Part shown: positions 27,757 to 40,301 of the stretch, in pieces | Layout: each line of letters begins with the position of its first letter | Numbering within the stretch: the stretch's first letter is position 1 | NCBI RefSeq assembly: GCF_003018255.1 | Contig: NZ_CP027440.1 | Source: Escherichia coli | GTDB lineage: Bacteria > Pseudomonadota > Gammaproteobacteria > Enterobacterales > Enterobacteriaceae | DNA length: 64,000 nucleotides | Direction: 5' to 3' (one strand) | The notes under the pieces: model-generated | Told to the model about the DNA's origin: nothing | What the model saw: only the letters and a program-made list of their open reading frames with translations | Databases searched by the model: none | Position numbers and translations under genes: made by a program

Positions 27757-28983
27757 TCAGTTCGATACCTGGGGTATTCGACGACGACGTAGACTGTTCC
27801 ATGAATAGACTGCGTTGAATAACACGACGCCAGCGGTGACGAGAAATACCGCTCTGAAACCGTAGTTCGCTGAAATCGCTGCTCCCATCAATGGTCCGGT
27901 AACGTTGCCAATATCACGAAACGATTGGTTATAGCTGAAGATACGCCCGGCGATTTGGTTGCTCGAGTTGTAAACCAACAGTGTCTGTACGGCGGGGAGT
28001 AGTGCACCATCGGCGGCACCGAGCAAAAAACGTAAAATCCCAAGTTGTAATGGCGTCTGAACGTAAGACATTGGGATCAACAGCAGTACAGAAAAGATCA
28101 GCGCCGTAATCAGGATCTTTTCGGGTCCGATTCGATCGCCAAGTTTGCCGAGTCGTGGTGCACTTAGCAGAGCCGCCACGCCTGGCACCGAGGCGATCAT
28201 GCCACTGATAAAGGCGACGTTACTGACGTTACCCGCCAGTTCGCGGACATACAGCGTCAGAATGGGGGCAATTGAGCCCGTCGCCACCTGGATGATTAAC
28301 GTAGTGACAAACAGGCTGAGTACCAGTTTCGGGTTTTTAAGTGACGTCACCACTTCCCGCATGTGCAGCATCTCTTTTTTGCTGACCGGCTGGAATTTTT
28401 CTCTGATGCAAAACAGGGTGACGAAAAAGCAGAGTATGAGCACACTGGCGGTAATAAAGAATACCGGACGTAAGCCGTAGCTATCGGCGAGCAGGCCGCC
28501 AGCCATTGGGCCGAGCAACGCACCGCTAACGCCGCCTGTGGAAAGCGTCCCCAGCGCCCAGCCGCTTTTATTACGCGGTACTTGTGTGGCGATAAGAGCA
28601 TTAGCGTTGGGGACAAATCCGCCAAGTAACCCAAGAAGCGCCCGCAGGATCAAAAACTGCCAGATATTTTGTGCCAGTCCCATCAACACCATCACGATGC
28701 CCATGCCGAGGGCAGAGCGTAATAGCATGAGTTTTCGGCCTTTACGGTCGGCGAGTCCACCCCAAAACGGTGAGGCGATGGCCGAAAATAAAAATGTAAT
28801 GCTGAAGACAATACCGGACCACATATTCAAGGCGGAGTGGCCCGTAACGCCAAGCTGCTCAACGTAGAGGGGTAAGAAGGGCATTACCAGGCTGAAGGCG
28901 GCACCCGTAAGAAAACAGCCTAGCCAGGCGACGATCAGGTTTCGTTTCCAGTTTATAGGGGTGTCATTTTCACAGGGTGACAT
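27757..28983 (-). CDS. mdtG: MFS multidrug efflux transporter MdtG
   Basis: 408-aa, 12-TM MFS protein; matches MdtG. Confidence 0.93.
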
Positions 28984-29154
28984 AGCAATCCGCTGTTGGT
29001 GCGCCAGGCGCGGTGAACATAAGAAGAAAAGATAAGCACACTAATTATGCGCCCGACTTCCAGGGGGCGCAATCCAGAGAGCTTTTATCGCTAAATCAGG
29101 GGGATTTGCTGTGGTAATGCCGGATGCTATTCTCAAGCATCCGGCTTGGGAGAT

Positions 29155-30075
29155 TTAATAGCGTGAAGGAACGCCTTCCGGACGTGTTTTAAAGCGACGG
29201 TGTAACCACATATACTGCTCTGGTGCCATCATGATGCATTTTTCGACCACTTTGTTCATCCACGCGGCGGTAGTTTCGGCATCATCCAGCGGCGGAGAAC
29301 ACTCTGGCGGCAGCATAATCAACTGATACCCTTTGCCATCTGGCTTACGGCGTGGAACGAAGGGCACCAGACATGCGCCGGACATCCGTGCCAGCATCCA
29401 GGTTCCGGTCGTGGTCGCAGCCTGCTCAACGGCAAACAACGGGACAAAAACGCTTGAGCGCGGGCCGTAATCATGATCCGGTGCGTACCAGACCACTTCG
29501 CCTTTTTTCAGGGTTTTAATCATGCCTTTTAAATCTTTGCGGTCGAGCATCGATTTATTTGAGCGCAAACGGCCCCAGGTTTGTAGCCAGTCAATCAGTG
29601 GATTATCGTTCGGGCGGTAAACGCCAATCCCCGGTTCCTGCATACCAAACTGCCGCGCACCAAGCTCCAGTGTCAGAAAATGGATGCCAACTAACAGGAT
29701 GCCGCGTTTTTGCGCCTGCACGTCACGAATGTGTTCCATGCCGATCACTTCCGTCCAGCGGGCGATTCTGCGGTCCGGCCAGAACCACGCCATGCCGGTT
29801 TCCATCAGGCCCATGCCAACGGATTCGAAATTCTTCACCACCATTTTACGGCGTTCTTGTTCGCTCATTTCCGGGAAGCACAGTTCCAGGTTGCGATGCA
29901 CAATTTTTGCGCGTCGTTTCATAAAACGTAACGCAAGTTTTCCTAATCCACAACCGAGGCGGTAGATAACCGGGTAGGGCAATTGCACGACTAACCAAAG
30001 TACGCCAATACCCAACCAGGTTAACCAATAACGCGGATGAAGCAGTGCGGTGGAGAACTTGGGTAGATTCGTCAT
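29155..30075 (-). CDS. lpxL: Lipid A biosynthesis lauroyltransferase LpxL (HtrB)
   Basis: 306-aa product from ATG at 30075 ([17 protein letters not shown]...). Confidence 0.93.
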   Translation of the reverse strand: MTNLPKFSTALLHPRYWLTWLGIGVLWLVVQLPYPVIYRLGCGLGKLALRFMKRRAKIVHRNLELCFPEMSEQERRKMVVKNFESVGMGLMETGMAWFWPDRRIARWTEVIGMEHIRDVQAQKRGILLVGIHFLTLELGARQFGMQEPGIGVYRPNDNPLIDWLQTWGRLRSNKSMLDRKDLKGMIKTLKKGEVVWYAPDHDYGPRSSVFVPLFAVEQAATTTGTWMLARMSGACLVPFVPRRKPDGKGYQLIMLPPECSPPLDDAETTAAWMNKVVEKCIMMAPEQYMWLHRRFKTRPEGVPSRY

Positions 30076-30299
30076 ATCAATCCTGTTTTTCAACCTATAC
30101 GGGCAATTGTATGTATTGTCGCATTTTTTCGCCCGCAACCAAAATTTGTGGCTGAAGACTGGGCGAAATTGCCGCGCTTGTAAATAACAAATAATTTTTA
30201 ATGCGCAAATGTAGCGTAAAATGTGTGGATGTTAATTATCGATAATTGCTATATCATGCCGCGGATTTTTACTTTCCCATCTCGCAGGAACCGTACACC

Positions 30300-31352
30300 A
30301 TGCCAGTGTTACACAACCGCATTTCCAACGACGCGTTAAAAGCCAAAATGTTGGCTGAGAGCGAACCGCGAACCACCATTTCGTTTTACAAGTATTTCCA
30401 CATCGCCGATCCTAAGGCGACCCGTGACGCTTTATATCAGCTGTTTACCGCGCTGGATGTTTTTGGGCGAGTGTATCTGGCGCATGAGGGCATTAACGCG
30501 CAAATCAGCGTACCTGCGAGCAATGTTGAAACATTTCGCGCGCAGCTTTATGCCTTCGACCCGGCTTTAGAGGGCTTACGCCTGAATATCGCGTTGGATG
30601 ATGACGGGAAATCCTTCTGGGTACTGCGCATGAAGGTCCGCGATCGTATCGTTGCCGACGGTATTGACGATCCTCACTTTGATGCCAGCAATGTGGGTGA
30701 GTATCTGCAAGCGGCGGAAGTGAACGCCATGCTTGACGATCCCGATGCATTGTTTATCGACATGCGTAACCACTATGAGTATGAAGTGGGGCACTTTGAA
30801 AACGCGCTGGAAATTCCGGCAGATACCTTCCGTGAGCAGCTGCCAAAAGCAGTAGAGATGATGCAGGCACATAAAGATAAAAAAATCGTTATGTACTGCA
30901 CCGGCGGCATTCGTTGTGAAAAGGCCAGTGCCTGGATGAAACATAACGGATTCAATAAAGTCTGGCATATCGAGGGCGGAATTATTGAATACGCCCGCAA
31001 GGCGCGCGAGCAGGGTTTACCGGTACGTTTTATTGGCAAAAATTTTGTTTTTGACGAGCGGATGGGCGAACGTATATCTGATGAGATTATCGCGCATTGC
31101 CACCAGTGCGGTGCGCCGTGCGACAGCCATACCAACTGTAAAAATGATGGCTGCCACCTGCTGTTTATTCAGTGTCCAGTATGTGCAGAAAAATACAAAG
31201 GTTGTTGTAGTGAAATTTGCTGCGAAGAAAGCGCGTTACCGCCAGAAGAACAGCGACGCCGTCGGGCAGGACGTGAAAATGGCAATAAGATCTTTAATAA
31301 GTCTCGTGGACGTCTGAATACAACACTGGGCATTCCTGATCCAACAGAATAA
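30300..31352 (+). CDS. yceA: Rhodanese-domain tRNA uridine(34) hydroxylase YceA/TrhO
   Basis: 350-aa product from ATG 30300 ([16 protein letters not shown]...) with rhodanese active-site Cys (YCTGGIRCE) and Cys-rich C-terminus. Confidence 0.9.
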   Translation: MPVLHNRISNDALKAKMLAESEPRTTISFYKYFHIADPKATRDALYQLFTALDVFGRVYLAHEGINAQISVPASNVETFRAQLYAFDPALEGLRLNIALDDDGKSFWVLRMKVRDRIVADGIDDPHFDASNVGEYLQAAEVNAMLDDPDALFIDMRNHYEYEVGHFENALEIPADTFREQLPKAVEMMQAHKDKKIVMYCTGGIRCEKASAWMKHNGFNKVWHIEGGIIEYARKAREQGLPVRFIGKNFVFDERMGERISDEIIAHCHQCGAPCDSHTNCKNDGCHLLFIQCPVCAEKYKGCCSEICCEESALPPEEQRRRRAGRENGNKIFNKSRGRLNTTLGIPDPTE

Positions 31353-31360
31353 ATATCATT

Positions 31361-31381
31361 GCCGGATGCGTGCCATCCGGC
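31361..31381. terminator. Hairpin between convergent yceA and yceI
   Basis: GCCGGATGCGTGCCATCCGGC palindrome in the 41-bp convergent gap. Confidence 0.45.
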
Positions 31382-31393
31382 AACATTTCACTC

Positions 31394-31969
31394 TTACTTC
31401 TGCTGTACGCCTTCCACTGAAATAATCAGATCCACTTCCTGAGAAGCTGGACCTAAATCTGTCTTGATATTGAAGTCCTTGAGCTTAATTTTGCCTTCGG
31501 CCTCGAAGCCTGCACGTTTACCACCCCATGGGTCGTCGCCCTGACCAATTAATTTCGCTTCCAGCGTGACGGGTTTGGTTACGCCATTCAGCGTCAGATC
31601 GCCGGTAATATCCAGTTCGTCACCGTCTTTCTTCACGCTGGTGGAGGTGAATGTTGCCTGTGGATATTTTGCAGTATTGAGGAAATCTGCACTGCGAAGA
31701 TGTTTATCGCGTTCGGCGTGATTAGTATCGACGCTGGTGGTGTTAATTGTCACATTCACTTTATCGGCAGCTGGATTTTTTTCATCAAAGGTAAAAGTAC
31801 CGTCGAAATCTTTAAAGGTGCCGTATAACCAGCTATAGCCAAGGTGCTGTATGCGGAAGTTAACAAAGGCGTGCTGACCTTCTTTGTCAATTTTGTAATC
31901 GGCGGCAACCGCTGAACCGGCAGAGAACATCAGGGAAGCGAAGGTTAAACCAAGCAGGCTTTTTTTCAT
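31394..31969 (-). CDS. yceI: Periplasmic polyisoprenoid-binding protein YceI
   Basis: 191-aa ORF with signal peptide; matches YceI. Confidence 0.9.
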
Positions 31970-31972
31970 TTT

Positions 31973-32539
31973 TTATACTCCATAGTCAGATGACGACTTT
32001 CCCAGCATGCGCTTCAGAGTGTCGTCTTTATCGATGAAATGATGCTTCAGGGCCATAAATCCGTGCATAACGGACAGTACTACGACGCTCCACGCGAGCC
32101 AAAAATGCAGGGCACCGGCAAAGTCAGCCTGTGCGCCAGCGTCGGCGAGGGTCGCGGGGACGTCAAACCAGCCAAAAACGCTGATCGGTTTACCATCGGC
32201 AGTTGAGATCAGATAGCCGCTGATGCCGATGGCGAACAGCAATAAGTACAATGCGAGATGTCCAGCCTTTGCGCCAAGACGAGTCATGGGCGAATAACTC
32301 TGCAGCGGACCCGGCGGTGGAGATATGACGCGCCACAGAACGCGAATAACCAGCCCCATCATTAACAAAATACCGATGCTTTTATGCAGTTCGGGTGCCT
32401 GGTGATACCAGCCATCGTAATAACTGAGCGTGACCATCCACAGACCTAAAGCAAACATGCCGTAGACAATAATTGCGCTTAGCCAATGGAAGGCCGCAGA
32501 TATAACACCATAGCGTTCAGGGGTATTTGTGAATGACAT
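31973..32539 (-). CDS. yceJ: Cytochrome b561 homolog YceJ
   Basis: 188-aa membrane protein from ATG at 32539 (MSFTNTPERYGVISAAFHW...). Confidence 0.88.
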   Translation of the reverse strand: MSFTNTPERYGVISAAFHWLSAIIVYGMFALGLWMVTLSYYDGWYHQAPELHKSIGILLMMGLVIRVLWRVISPPPGPLQSYSPMTRLGAKAGHLALYLLLFAIGISGYLISTADGKPISVFGWFDVPATLADAGAQADFAGALHFWLAWSVVVLSVMHGFMALKHHFIDKDDTLKRMLGKSSSDYGV

Positions 32540-32799
32540 AAGTGCATCCAAAACGACTTTGCGAGAGAAAGAAAATGGCGTGTCGGAGAATGAATTGCAA
32601 CACAAAAATAACAATTTGAATGATATTTATTTTTATTTCAATAATTTTGAATTAATAATGAAAGAATCTTCATAAGTTTAGTGGGTTCAGCATCAGAGAT
32701 GTCTGGTGAGTGCTGTTGAAGCAGGAATAATCTCATTCAATTTTTCACGCTAAATGAAAGGGAGATTAAATATTTGTCAGTTTATGTCAGTGCGGAAAA

Positions 32800-32940
32800 C
32801 TAAAAATAATACACATAGATCAGATCCATAATTGCCAACAATCCCCAGAGAAAAAGATAAAGCATCAGATGCTCGCGAATATTATTGATGAGATAGTGCA
32901 ACAGCCGACGCATTAAATACTCCTGTAAAAACGGCCTCAT
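32800..32940 (-). CDS. yceO: Small membrane protein YceO (46 aa)
   Basis: Minus-strand [49 protein letters not shown]; below the ORF-track length cutoff, matches YceO. Confidence 0.6.
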   Translation of the reverse strand: MRPFLQEYLMRRLLHYLINNIREHLMLYLFLWGLLAIMDLIYVYYF

Positions 32941-32960
32941 TCTGGAGGCCGTAATGATGA

Positions 32961-34079
32961 TTATTGGAAGCGGGAAAGCCTGAATGGCGTCAAATCAAAA
33001 TCGCTTTTTTTGTCTTGCGCAAAATCGGCAGCTATTTCCCCTAAAACTGACGCAAATTTAAAACCGTGCCCACTCAGGCCGGTAATGAGCAGTGTATTAT
33101 CGTGGCCGGGTAGGGTATCGATAATAAAATCTTCGTCAGGCGAATTATCATAGGTGCAGGCGGCGCCGTACAGGCAGCAACCGATACCCGGCAATACATT
33201 GCGCAAGAACGGGAAGGCTTCCGAACCATCGCTGACCACTTCCGCAAACGGAACACGTTCATCCGCTGAATGGATAACCTGGCCTCCGTTATGTTTGCCA
33301 ATCTTCAACGCGTCGTTTTCTGCCGGAAAACCATAATATTGATCGCCATTGGGAAGTTCACCGGTAAACGCCGGGAATTTATTCTTCACGCTATAGCGCC
33401 CATCGGCCTGATACCAGGCAAATACTTTGCGTACGGGCTGGACAGGCAACTCCGGGAGCAGGTCTTTTACCCATGTTCCCGCGCAGACAATCGCTTTTTT
33501 CGCCTGATACTCACCGTCAGCCGTTTCAATAGTTACGCCATCATCGTCATGACGAATTGCGGTGACCGGGCAGTTGAACAGCTGCGCACAGCCCGCTTCC
33601 TTCGCCAGTTGGATCCAGGTTTTAATCGCCAGTTCGCTGCGTAAAAAGCCGGAATCAGTCTCAAATAAGCCGATGTAGTTGTCCGGGACGCGTATTTCAG
33701 GCCAGCGGGCCATAATCCCTTGCGCATCGAGCTTTTCAACGTTGAGTTGCCATTGTTCGGCGCTGTGGGCGACGTTGGCGAGAAATGTGGAATCAGCCGG
33801 GCCAAGGTTAATGACGCCAGAGCGTACAAAAATGGGATCTTCTTCGTTGTGGCGGGAGAGTTCATCCCACAGCGTTTGCGCGCGGAGAACCAGCGGGACA
33901 TACTTTTCGCCTTCACCATAAGCATGGCGAATTAATCGCGTATCGCCGTGGTGGCTGCCGTGTTGATGCGGTGGCATATGGGCGTCGGTCATTAGCACGT
34001 TTAAACCGGCACGGGTTGCATAATACCCGGCGGCAGCGCCTACGGAACCGCTGCCAATAATGATGAGATCGTATTTCAT
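32961..34079 (-). CDS. solA: N-methyl-L-tryptophan oxidase SolA (FAD-dependent)
   Basis: 372-aa ORF with N-terminal FAD-binding GxGxxG ([14 protein letters not shown]). Confidence 0.93.
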   Translation of the reverse strand: MKYDLIIIGSGSVGAAAGYYATRAGLNVLMTDAHMPPHQHGSHHGDTRLIRHAYGEGEKYVPLVLRAQTLWDELSRHNEEDPIFVRSGVINLGPADSTFLANVAHSAEQWQLNVEKLDAQGIMARWPEIRVPDNYIGLFETDSGFLRSELAIKTWIQLAKEAGCAQLFNCPVTAIRHDDDGVTIETADGEYQAKKAIVCAGTWVKDLLPELPVQPVRKVFAWYQADGRYSVKNKFPAFTGELPNGDQYYGFPAENDALKIGKHNGGQVIHSADERVPFAEVVSDGSEAFPFLRNVLPGIGCCLYGAACTYDNSPDEDFIIDTLPGHDNTLLITGLSGHGFKFASVLGEIAADFAQDKKSDFDLTPFRLSRFQ

Positions 34080-34193
34080 TTTTTTCTCTCTGCTCTCATG
34101 GTTTAAGCAGAGTAATTAACTGAATGCAGATATACAACCCAGAAATGGTAAAGGCACCGGTGAGGTGCCTTTTGGGTGGATGGTCATGTCATG

Positions 34194-34448
34194 TTAATGA
34201 CGCCGATACTCGTTTACCGGGAAATCACCGGATTCAATTTTGGCGATTCCTGCTTCTAATATCGAAATAAATTGTCTGGCAACATCAGTGGTTAACCAGA
34301 GCGTCTGACCAACTTCAGTCCCTTCCTGCTCGGACTTATTTGGGGTCTGGTAGTGCAAACGCAACATCAGCGCATCATAGCTATCAACGGTGCTGATGTC
34401 CCACCCTACGAGCGGATGAGTCTGAATGACTTCATTATTTTTTTCCAT
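34194..34448 (-). CDS. bssS: Biofilm regulator BssS
   Basis: 84-aa product (MEKNNEVIQTHPLVGWDIST...). Confidence 0.9.
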   Translation of the reverse strand: MEKNNEVIQTHPLVGWDISTVDSYDALMLRLHYQTPNKSEQEGTEVGQTLWLTTDVARQFISILEAGIAKIESGDFPVNEYRRH

Positions 34449-34737
34449 CATGGCCCCCTAATTCGTGTTACTAGACAACGTTATTCGAGGTTCAATGCGT
34501 TTTTATCTGAAGCAACTTCAGTATACCAATAAGTAAGGGTATTCACCGAATTTTTAAAGGGGGGAACAGATAAATTTTTGCTTTTAAGATTTATATGAAC
34601 AATAAAACAGCATGTCATTCATATTTTTTTAGCATATTGTGCAATTATTTTGAGGAAGTGTAGAAATTTTGTACTCACAATTCGCAAGTAAAATAAAAAA
34701 GCCGGGGCGACCCGGCAAAAACAAAAATCACTGCATA

Positions 34738-34983
34738 TTATTCGCTGACAAACCAGTCATCGGCGCTTTCCCACGTTTCCTGGAGAATTTCGCTAATGCG
34801 CTGTTTATCTTCTTTTGTCGCGCCAATAACCGATAAATTATTCGCTGCGGCATAACGTACCGATACGTGGCCTTCATTATCAGGAAACGCATACTGAATA
34901 CGGCGGGAAAGTTCGCCAGCCAGGGCGTCAATAGCCCCAGCTGGCAATGGAGAAGTTTTCGCTATGGTGACTTCAATTCGCAT
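34738..34983 (-). CDS. dinI: DNA damage-inducible protein DinI
   Basis: 81-aa product from ATG at 34983 (MRIEVTIAKTSPLPAGAIDAL...). Confidence 0.9.
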   Translation of the reverse strand: MRIEVTIAKTSPLPAGAIDALAGELSRRIQYAFPDNEGHVSVRYAAANNLSVIGATKEDKQRISEILQETWESADDWFVSE

Positions 34984-35002
34984 AATAGCCCCCTGTTGAA
35001 TA

Positions 35003-35021
35003 TACTGGTTATTTATACAGT
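35003..35021. promoter_or_regulatory. LexA box (SOS operator) of dinI
   Basis: ACTG-N10-CAG palindrome (tACTGgttatttataCAGt) 20-38 nt upstream of the dinI start. Confidence 0.6.
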
Positions 35022-35056
35022 TAAAATAACCTAATGACAACAGGAAGCTACGATTT

Positions 35057-36103
35057 TTATTGTTTAACGGACCAGCGTACCGTTTCCCCGGCGAGGAATG
35101 GCACCAGCGTGTCATCAGTCAATGCGATGCTTTCAGCAACCTGTTGCTCTTTGCGGACCAGTTCGATGAATGTGTCGTTGACCGGCAAGCCATAGAACTG
35201 TGGGCCGTTTACAGAACAGAATGCTTCAAAGTGCTGCAGAGCATTCATCTCTTCAAAGACGGTAGCGTAACTGCCCAGCGCGGTTGGGGCGTTGAAGCAG
35301 CCCGCGCAGCCGCAGCTGCTCTCTTTGCGATGACGTGCATGCGGCGCAGAATCCGTACCGAGGAATACGCGATTAAAACCGCTGGCGACCAGTTCACGCA
35401 ATGCCTGTTGGTGGATATTGCGTTTGAGGATGGGTAGACAATACAGGTGCGGACGCACGCCACCAACCAGCATATGGTTGCGGTTAAACATCAGATGCTG
35501 CGGAGTGATGGTGGCAGCCAGCCGTTCATTTCCGTCACGGACATAGTCGGCAGCGTCTTTGGTGGTGATGTGCTCAAAAACGACTTTCAGCGCAGTCAGA
35601 CGCTGGCGTAGCGGTTCCATCACGCTTTCTATAAAGCGCGCTTCACGATCAAAAATGTCGATATCTGCATGTGTCACTTCACCATGCACCAGTAGCGGCA
35701 TACCGATTTTTTCCATGCGCTCTAATACCGGCATGATTGCGTCAACTGACGTCACGCCGTGACTGGAGTTAGTGGTTGCGTTTGCCGGGTAAAGTTTTGC
35801 AGCGGTGAACACGCCTTCGTTAAATCCGCGCTCCAGCTCATTAGGGTCTAGTGAATCTGTCAAATAACAGGTCATCAATGGGGTGAAATCATGCCCGGCA
35901 GGTACGGCGTCAAGAATGCGCTGGCGATACGCCACGGCAGCCTCAACGGTGGTCACGGGCGGAGCCAGATTGGGCATTACGATAGCCCGTCCATAAATTT
36001 CGCTGGTATACGGCACGACAGTTTTTAACATGTCGCCATCGCGGAGGTGAAGGTGCCAGTCGTCTGGGCGGCGGATCTTTAATACCTGGGATGGTGCAGT
36101 CAT
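35057..36103 (-). CDS. pyrC: Dihydroorotase PyrC
   Basis: 348-aa ORF ([24 protein letters not shown]...) with HxH metal-binding motif. Confidence 0.95.
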   Translation of the reverse strand: MTAPSQVLKIRRPDDWHLHLRDGDMLKTVVPYTSEIYGRAIVMPNLAPPVTTVEAAVAYRQRILDAVPAGHDFTPLMTCYLTDSLDPNELERGFNEGVFTAAKLYPANATTNSSHGVTSVDAIMPVLERMEKIGMPLLVHGEVTHADIDIFDREARFIESVMEPLRQRLTALKVVFEHITTKDAADYVRDGNERLAATITPQHLMFNRNHMLVGGVRPHLYCLPILKRNIHQQALRELVASGFNRVFLGTDSAPHARHRKESSCGCAGCFNAPTALGSYATVFEEMNALQHFEAFCSVNGPQFYGLPVNDTFIELVRKEQQVAESIALTDDTLVPFLAGETVRWSVKQ

Positions 36104-36164
36104 TAATCTCTATGCTCCGGCTGAAGGGATGTTTTTGCCGGACACAAAGGATAAGCGGAAACGT

Positions 36165-36180
36165 TTTCCTTTGCACGAAA
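36165..36180. promoter_or_regulatory. PurR operator in the pyrC promoter
   Basis: GGAAAACGTTTCCGC palindrome resembling the PurR box consensus, upstream of pyrC. Confidence 0.5.
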
Positions 36181-36208
36181 AATAAAGGGCGCGAATGCGC
36201 CCTCGTGA

Positions 36209-36769
36209 TTAATCAGTAAACGGAATGACAATTTCGCCTGGCTTCACTTCAATGCCTTTCGCCAGTTTCTTCGCCATTGCTTCGCCCTGGCTGCCATCTT
36301 CGCGCAGGACGTAAGCAGGTTGCTGGTTAAAGTAATTGCGTAATGTCTGGTTTAAATAGGGAAGCAACGTTTGCATCACCGTTTGCATTTTTTCCGGTTG
36401 TACCGTCGCATCGACCACTTCCATCTCTTTCAGGAAGATAGCGCCTTTTTCTTTATCAAACACGGGCAGCGCTTTCAGCTTCAGTTTCATGGTCGCTTTC
36501 TGGCTACCGAACAGGGAGTTCATGTCCAGATTGGCGTCTCCGGTTAGGGTAACCTTATTCGGCTCTTCGCGACCAATTTGGCTGGTCAGGTTTGTCAGAA
36601 CAATATGGGCGTCAGCCACGCCGGGTAAACCGATATCTTTTGAGAAATTATTATGTTTCGCAAGCGACTGGTTAATTTCTTGTTCGGTGATGGTGTATTG
36701 GGTGAGTTGATTACAGCCAACGAGCAGGCCACTGACGATCAATGCAGCGGCAAATAAAAACTTGTTCAT
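36209..36769 (-). CDS. yceB: Lipoprotein YceB (DUF1439)
   Basis: 186-aa product from ATG at 36769 (MNKFLFAAALIVSGLLVGC...) with lipobox; a GC hairpin plus U-run at 36181-36203 looks like its terminator. Confidence 0.88.
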   Translation of the reverse strand: MNKFLFAAALIVSGLLVGCNQLTQYTITEQEINQSLAKHNNFSKDIGLPGVADAHIVLTNLTSQIGREEPNKVTLTGDANLDMNSLFGSQKATMKLKLKALPVFDKEKGAIFLKEMEVVDATVQPEKMQTVMQTLLPYLNQTLRNYFNQQPAYVLREDGSQGEAMAKKLAKGIEVKPGEIVIPFTD

Positions 36770-36902
36770 GGTAGTCCTCGACATGAAATCTGCGTCAATA
36801 TCCTGACACAACGCAGCATGTGTCACCAGCGATAAACGCGCCAGCAGAAAAAACTGAAAACGGCGGCAACCCGCGAATACAGGCTGCCGCGGCGGGTCAG
36901 GA

Positions 36903-37550
36903 TTAAATCGCCATTGATGATAACAAATTGATTTGTGTCTGTTTCGCCATATTATCGCGGTAATCAGCAACGCGGCTTGGCCAGTTAATTCCGGCTACCA
37001 GCGTCAGATTACGCAGCAGCGGAAATAGCTGAATATCATCTTCCGAAAGTTCGCCATTCACGGCGTTCGGTTTGACGATCAGTTTGTCCAGCGCACGTAA
37101 ATCATCGCTGATATTCTTAATCAGACCGTCAGAGTGGGCCAGCAGGTCGGCAAAATTACCCGCGCTAGCCTCTTTCTTGTCGACGAAATATTTGCGCGCG
37201 GCGGGAGTAGAAAACTCATCAAATGCCGATTTGGCAAAACGCGGCAACAGCAGTTTGTTGGCGTAGCCATTGACCTTGCGCAGCCACTCTTCAATGGCAG
37301 GGGAACGTTTGCCGGTCAGTAACGGTTTGCCGTCGAGTTTATCGACATAGTGAACGATGTCCATGCTTTCTGGCATATAGCGGCTGTCATCTTTTTGCAG
37401 AATGGGAACCTGTTTTTGACCGACCATCCGGGTGGGTGTTTCTGCGTCGTCGTTGAGCAGAACATGTAATTCGACGGGGATATTTTTCAGGCCGAAAATC
37501 ATGCGGGCTTTGAGGCAGTAAGGGCAGTGATCGTAAATGTATAGCTTCAC
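36903..37550 (-). CDS. grxB: Glutaredoxin 2
   Basis: 215-aa ORF with CPYC active site (MKLYIYDHCPYCLKARMIF...). Confidence 0.93.
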   Translation of the reverse strand: MKLYIYDHCPYCLKARMIFGLKNIPVELHVLLNDDAETPTRMVGQKQVPILQKDDSRYMPESMDIVHYVDKLDGKPLLTGKRSPAIEEWLRKVNGYANKLLLPRFAKSAFDEFSTPAARKYFVDKKEASAGNFADLLAHSDGLIKNISDDLRALDKLIVKPNAVNGELSEDDIQLFPLLRNLTLVAGINWPSRVADYRDNMAKQTQINLLSSMAI

Positions 37551-37613
37551 GTGACTCCTCCATTTGGCTGTCAGTTCACTTTCAGTATGGAGGAGTCATG
37601 GGGGAGTATCAAA

Positions 37614-38822
37614 TCAGGCGTCGCGTTCAAGCAAACGACGCGTGGCGCGTTTCTGGCTAAACTGCCAACCCAGCGCAAGGAAAGTGAAGATGCCAATAAT
37701 GCCCAGCATCATCCACGGAAGCTCTGGCTGGTGCGCCGATTTGCCCAGGTCAAACAGCCAGCCGCCACCGATGTAACCAATAGCGCCGCCAATCGCCAGA
37801 CCCAGACGGCTAAACCCCATATAGCTGCCGCGAGCTCTTGCGTCCGCCAGCGAAGCACTTAAGGTTTCACGCGCAGGCTCGGCAATGATTGACCCGATAT
37901 AAAACAGACAAATCAGGGTGAAAAGTTGTTGCAGACCGCTGACCATGCCCACCGGCATCATGCTTAATGACATTATCAATAGCCCAGCCATCAACCGGTG
38001 TTCCAGACGAAAATGCTTTTCACTCCAGCGGGCGATAGGATAGAGCAACGTTAACGACAGACACGCTTCAATGGCATACATCCATTTAACGGCAGAGGGC
38101 GCGCCCGCCACGTCGTTGACCATAATTGGCAGCATCAGCATCACTTGTACAGCCAGCATGTAGTAACCCGCCAGCGTCAGTACATAGGTGACAAAACGCT
38201 TGTCGCGCATCACGCGGGTCATGCCTTCGCGAACGGGCGTGCGTACGGTGGAGAGTTTCCATGCCGGTAACAACCACGCATTGAACGCTGCACACAGCAC
38301 AAACAAAACTGCCCCTGTGGCGCAGACCAGGCGAAAGTCGTATTGCAACAGCCAGCTCCCCAACAATGCGCCAATGACCGCACCGGCACTGTCCTGCATC
38401 ATCAACAGCGAGAAAAAACGACCACGCTGCTGTGGACGGATTAATTTCACCACCAGCGCCGAACGCGGAGGATCAAACAACGTGCCGCCGAGTCCCGAAA
38501 GCAGGCATGAAAACCACAATAGCCACGGTTCGTGGGCGATACCCATTGTGGCGAATCCGGCGGCACGCATCAGCATACCGGTAACAATCATCGGTTTGGC
38601 ACCAAAGCGGTCGGCAATTGCACCGCCGAAAATACCCAGACCTTGCTGAATAAATTGACGTAGACCGAGGGCAATACCGACCATGACGGCGGCCCAGCCC
38701 ATTTGATCAACAAAGCGGATAGAGATCAGCGGGAAGACAACAAAGAACCCCAGCACGACCAGCATATTATCGATGAGCAGGAAATATTTACCCAGGTTCC
38801 TGGCCTGCGACACGCGGGACAT
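37614..38822 (-). CDS. mdtH: MFS multidrug resistance protein MdtH
   Basis: 402-aa product from ATG at 38822 ([21 protein letters not shown]...). Confidence 0.92.
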   Translation of the reverse strand: MSRVSQARNLGKYFLLIDNMLVVLGFFVVFPLISIRFVDQMGWAAVMVGIALGLRQFIQQGLGIFGGAIADRFGAKPMIVTGMLMRAAGFATMGIAHEPWLLWFSCLLSGLGGTLFDPPRSALVVKLIRPQQRGRFFSLLMMQDSAGAVIGALLGSWLLQYDFRLVCATGAVLFVLCAAFNAWLLPAWKLSTVRTPVREGMTRVMRDKRFVTYVLTLAGYYMLAVQVMLMLPIMVNDVAGAPSAVKWMYAIEACLSLTLLYPIARWSEKHFRLEHRLMAGLLIMSLSMMPVGMVSGLQQLFTLICLFYIGSIIAEPARETLSASLADARARGSYMGFSRLGLAIGGAIGYIGGGWLFDLGKSAHQPELPWMMLGIIGIFTFLALGWQFSQKRATRRLLERDA

Positions 38823-39057
38823 TTCCCCTCCCGGGAAATAAAAGATGAGCACTTTCTATTCTGCATTGCCGCTAAGACTTTTCCCATCACTTCGGGGACA
38901 ATATTTTTTTATCAAAACGTCGCTTTGATAGAGAGTTTTTATCAAATATGTGAATAATGCAGAAAATGGCATTCTGGACTTTTCACAGGGTCTGGTTGCG
39001 CAGGTATAGTAATACTTACAGCGTATTAAAGACGTTACGGGAAGGAGTAGGTATAGA

Positions 39058-40300
<1,243 letters not shown>

Positions 40301-40301
40301 A

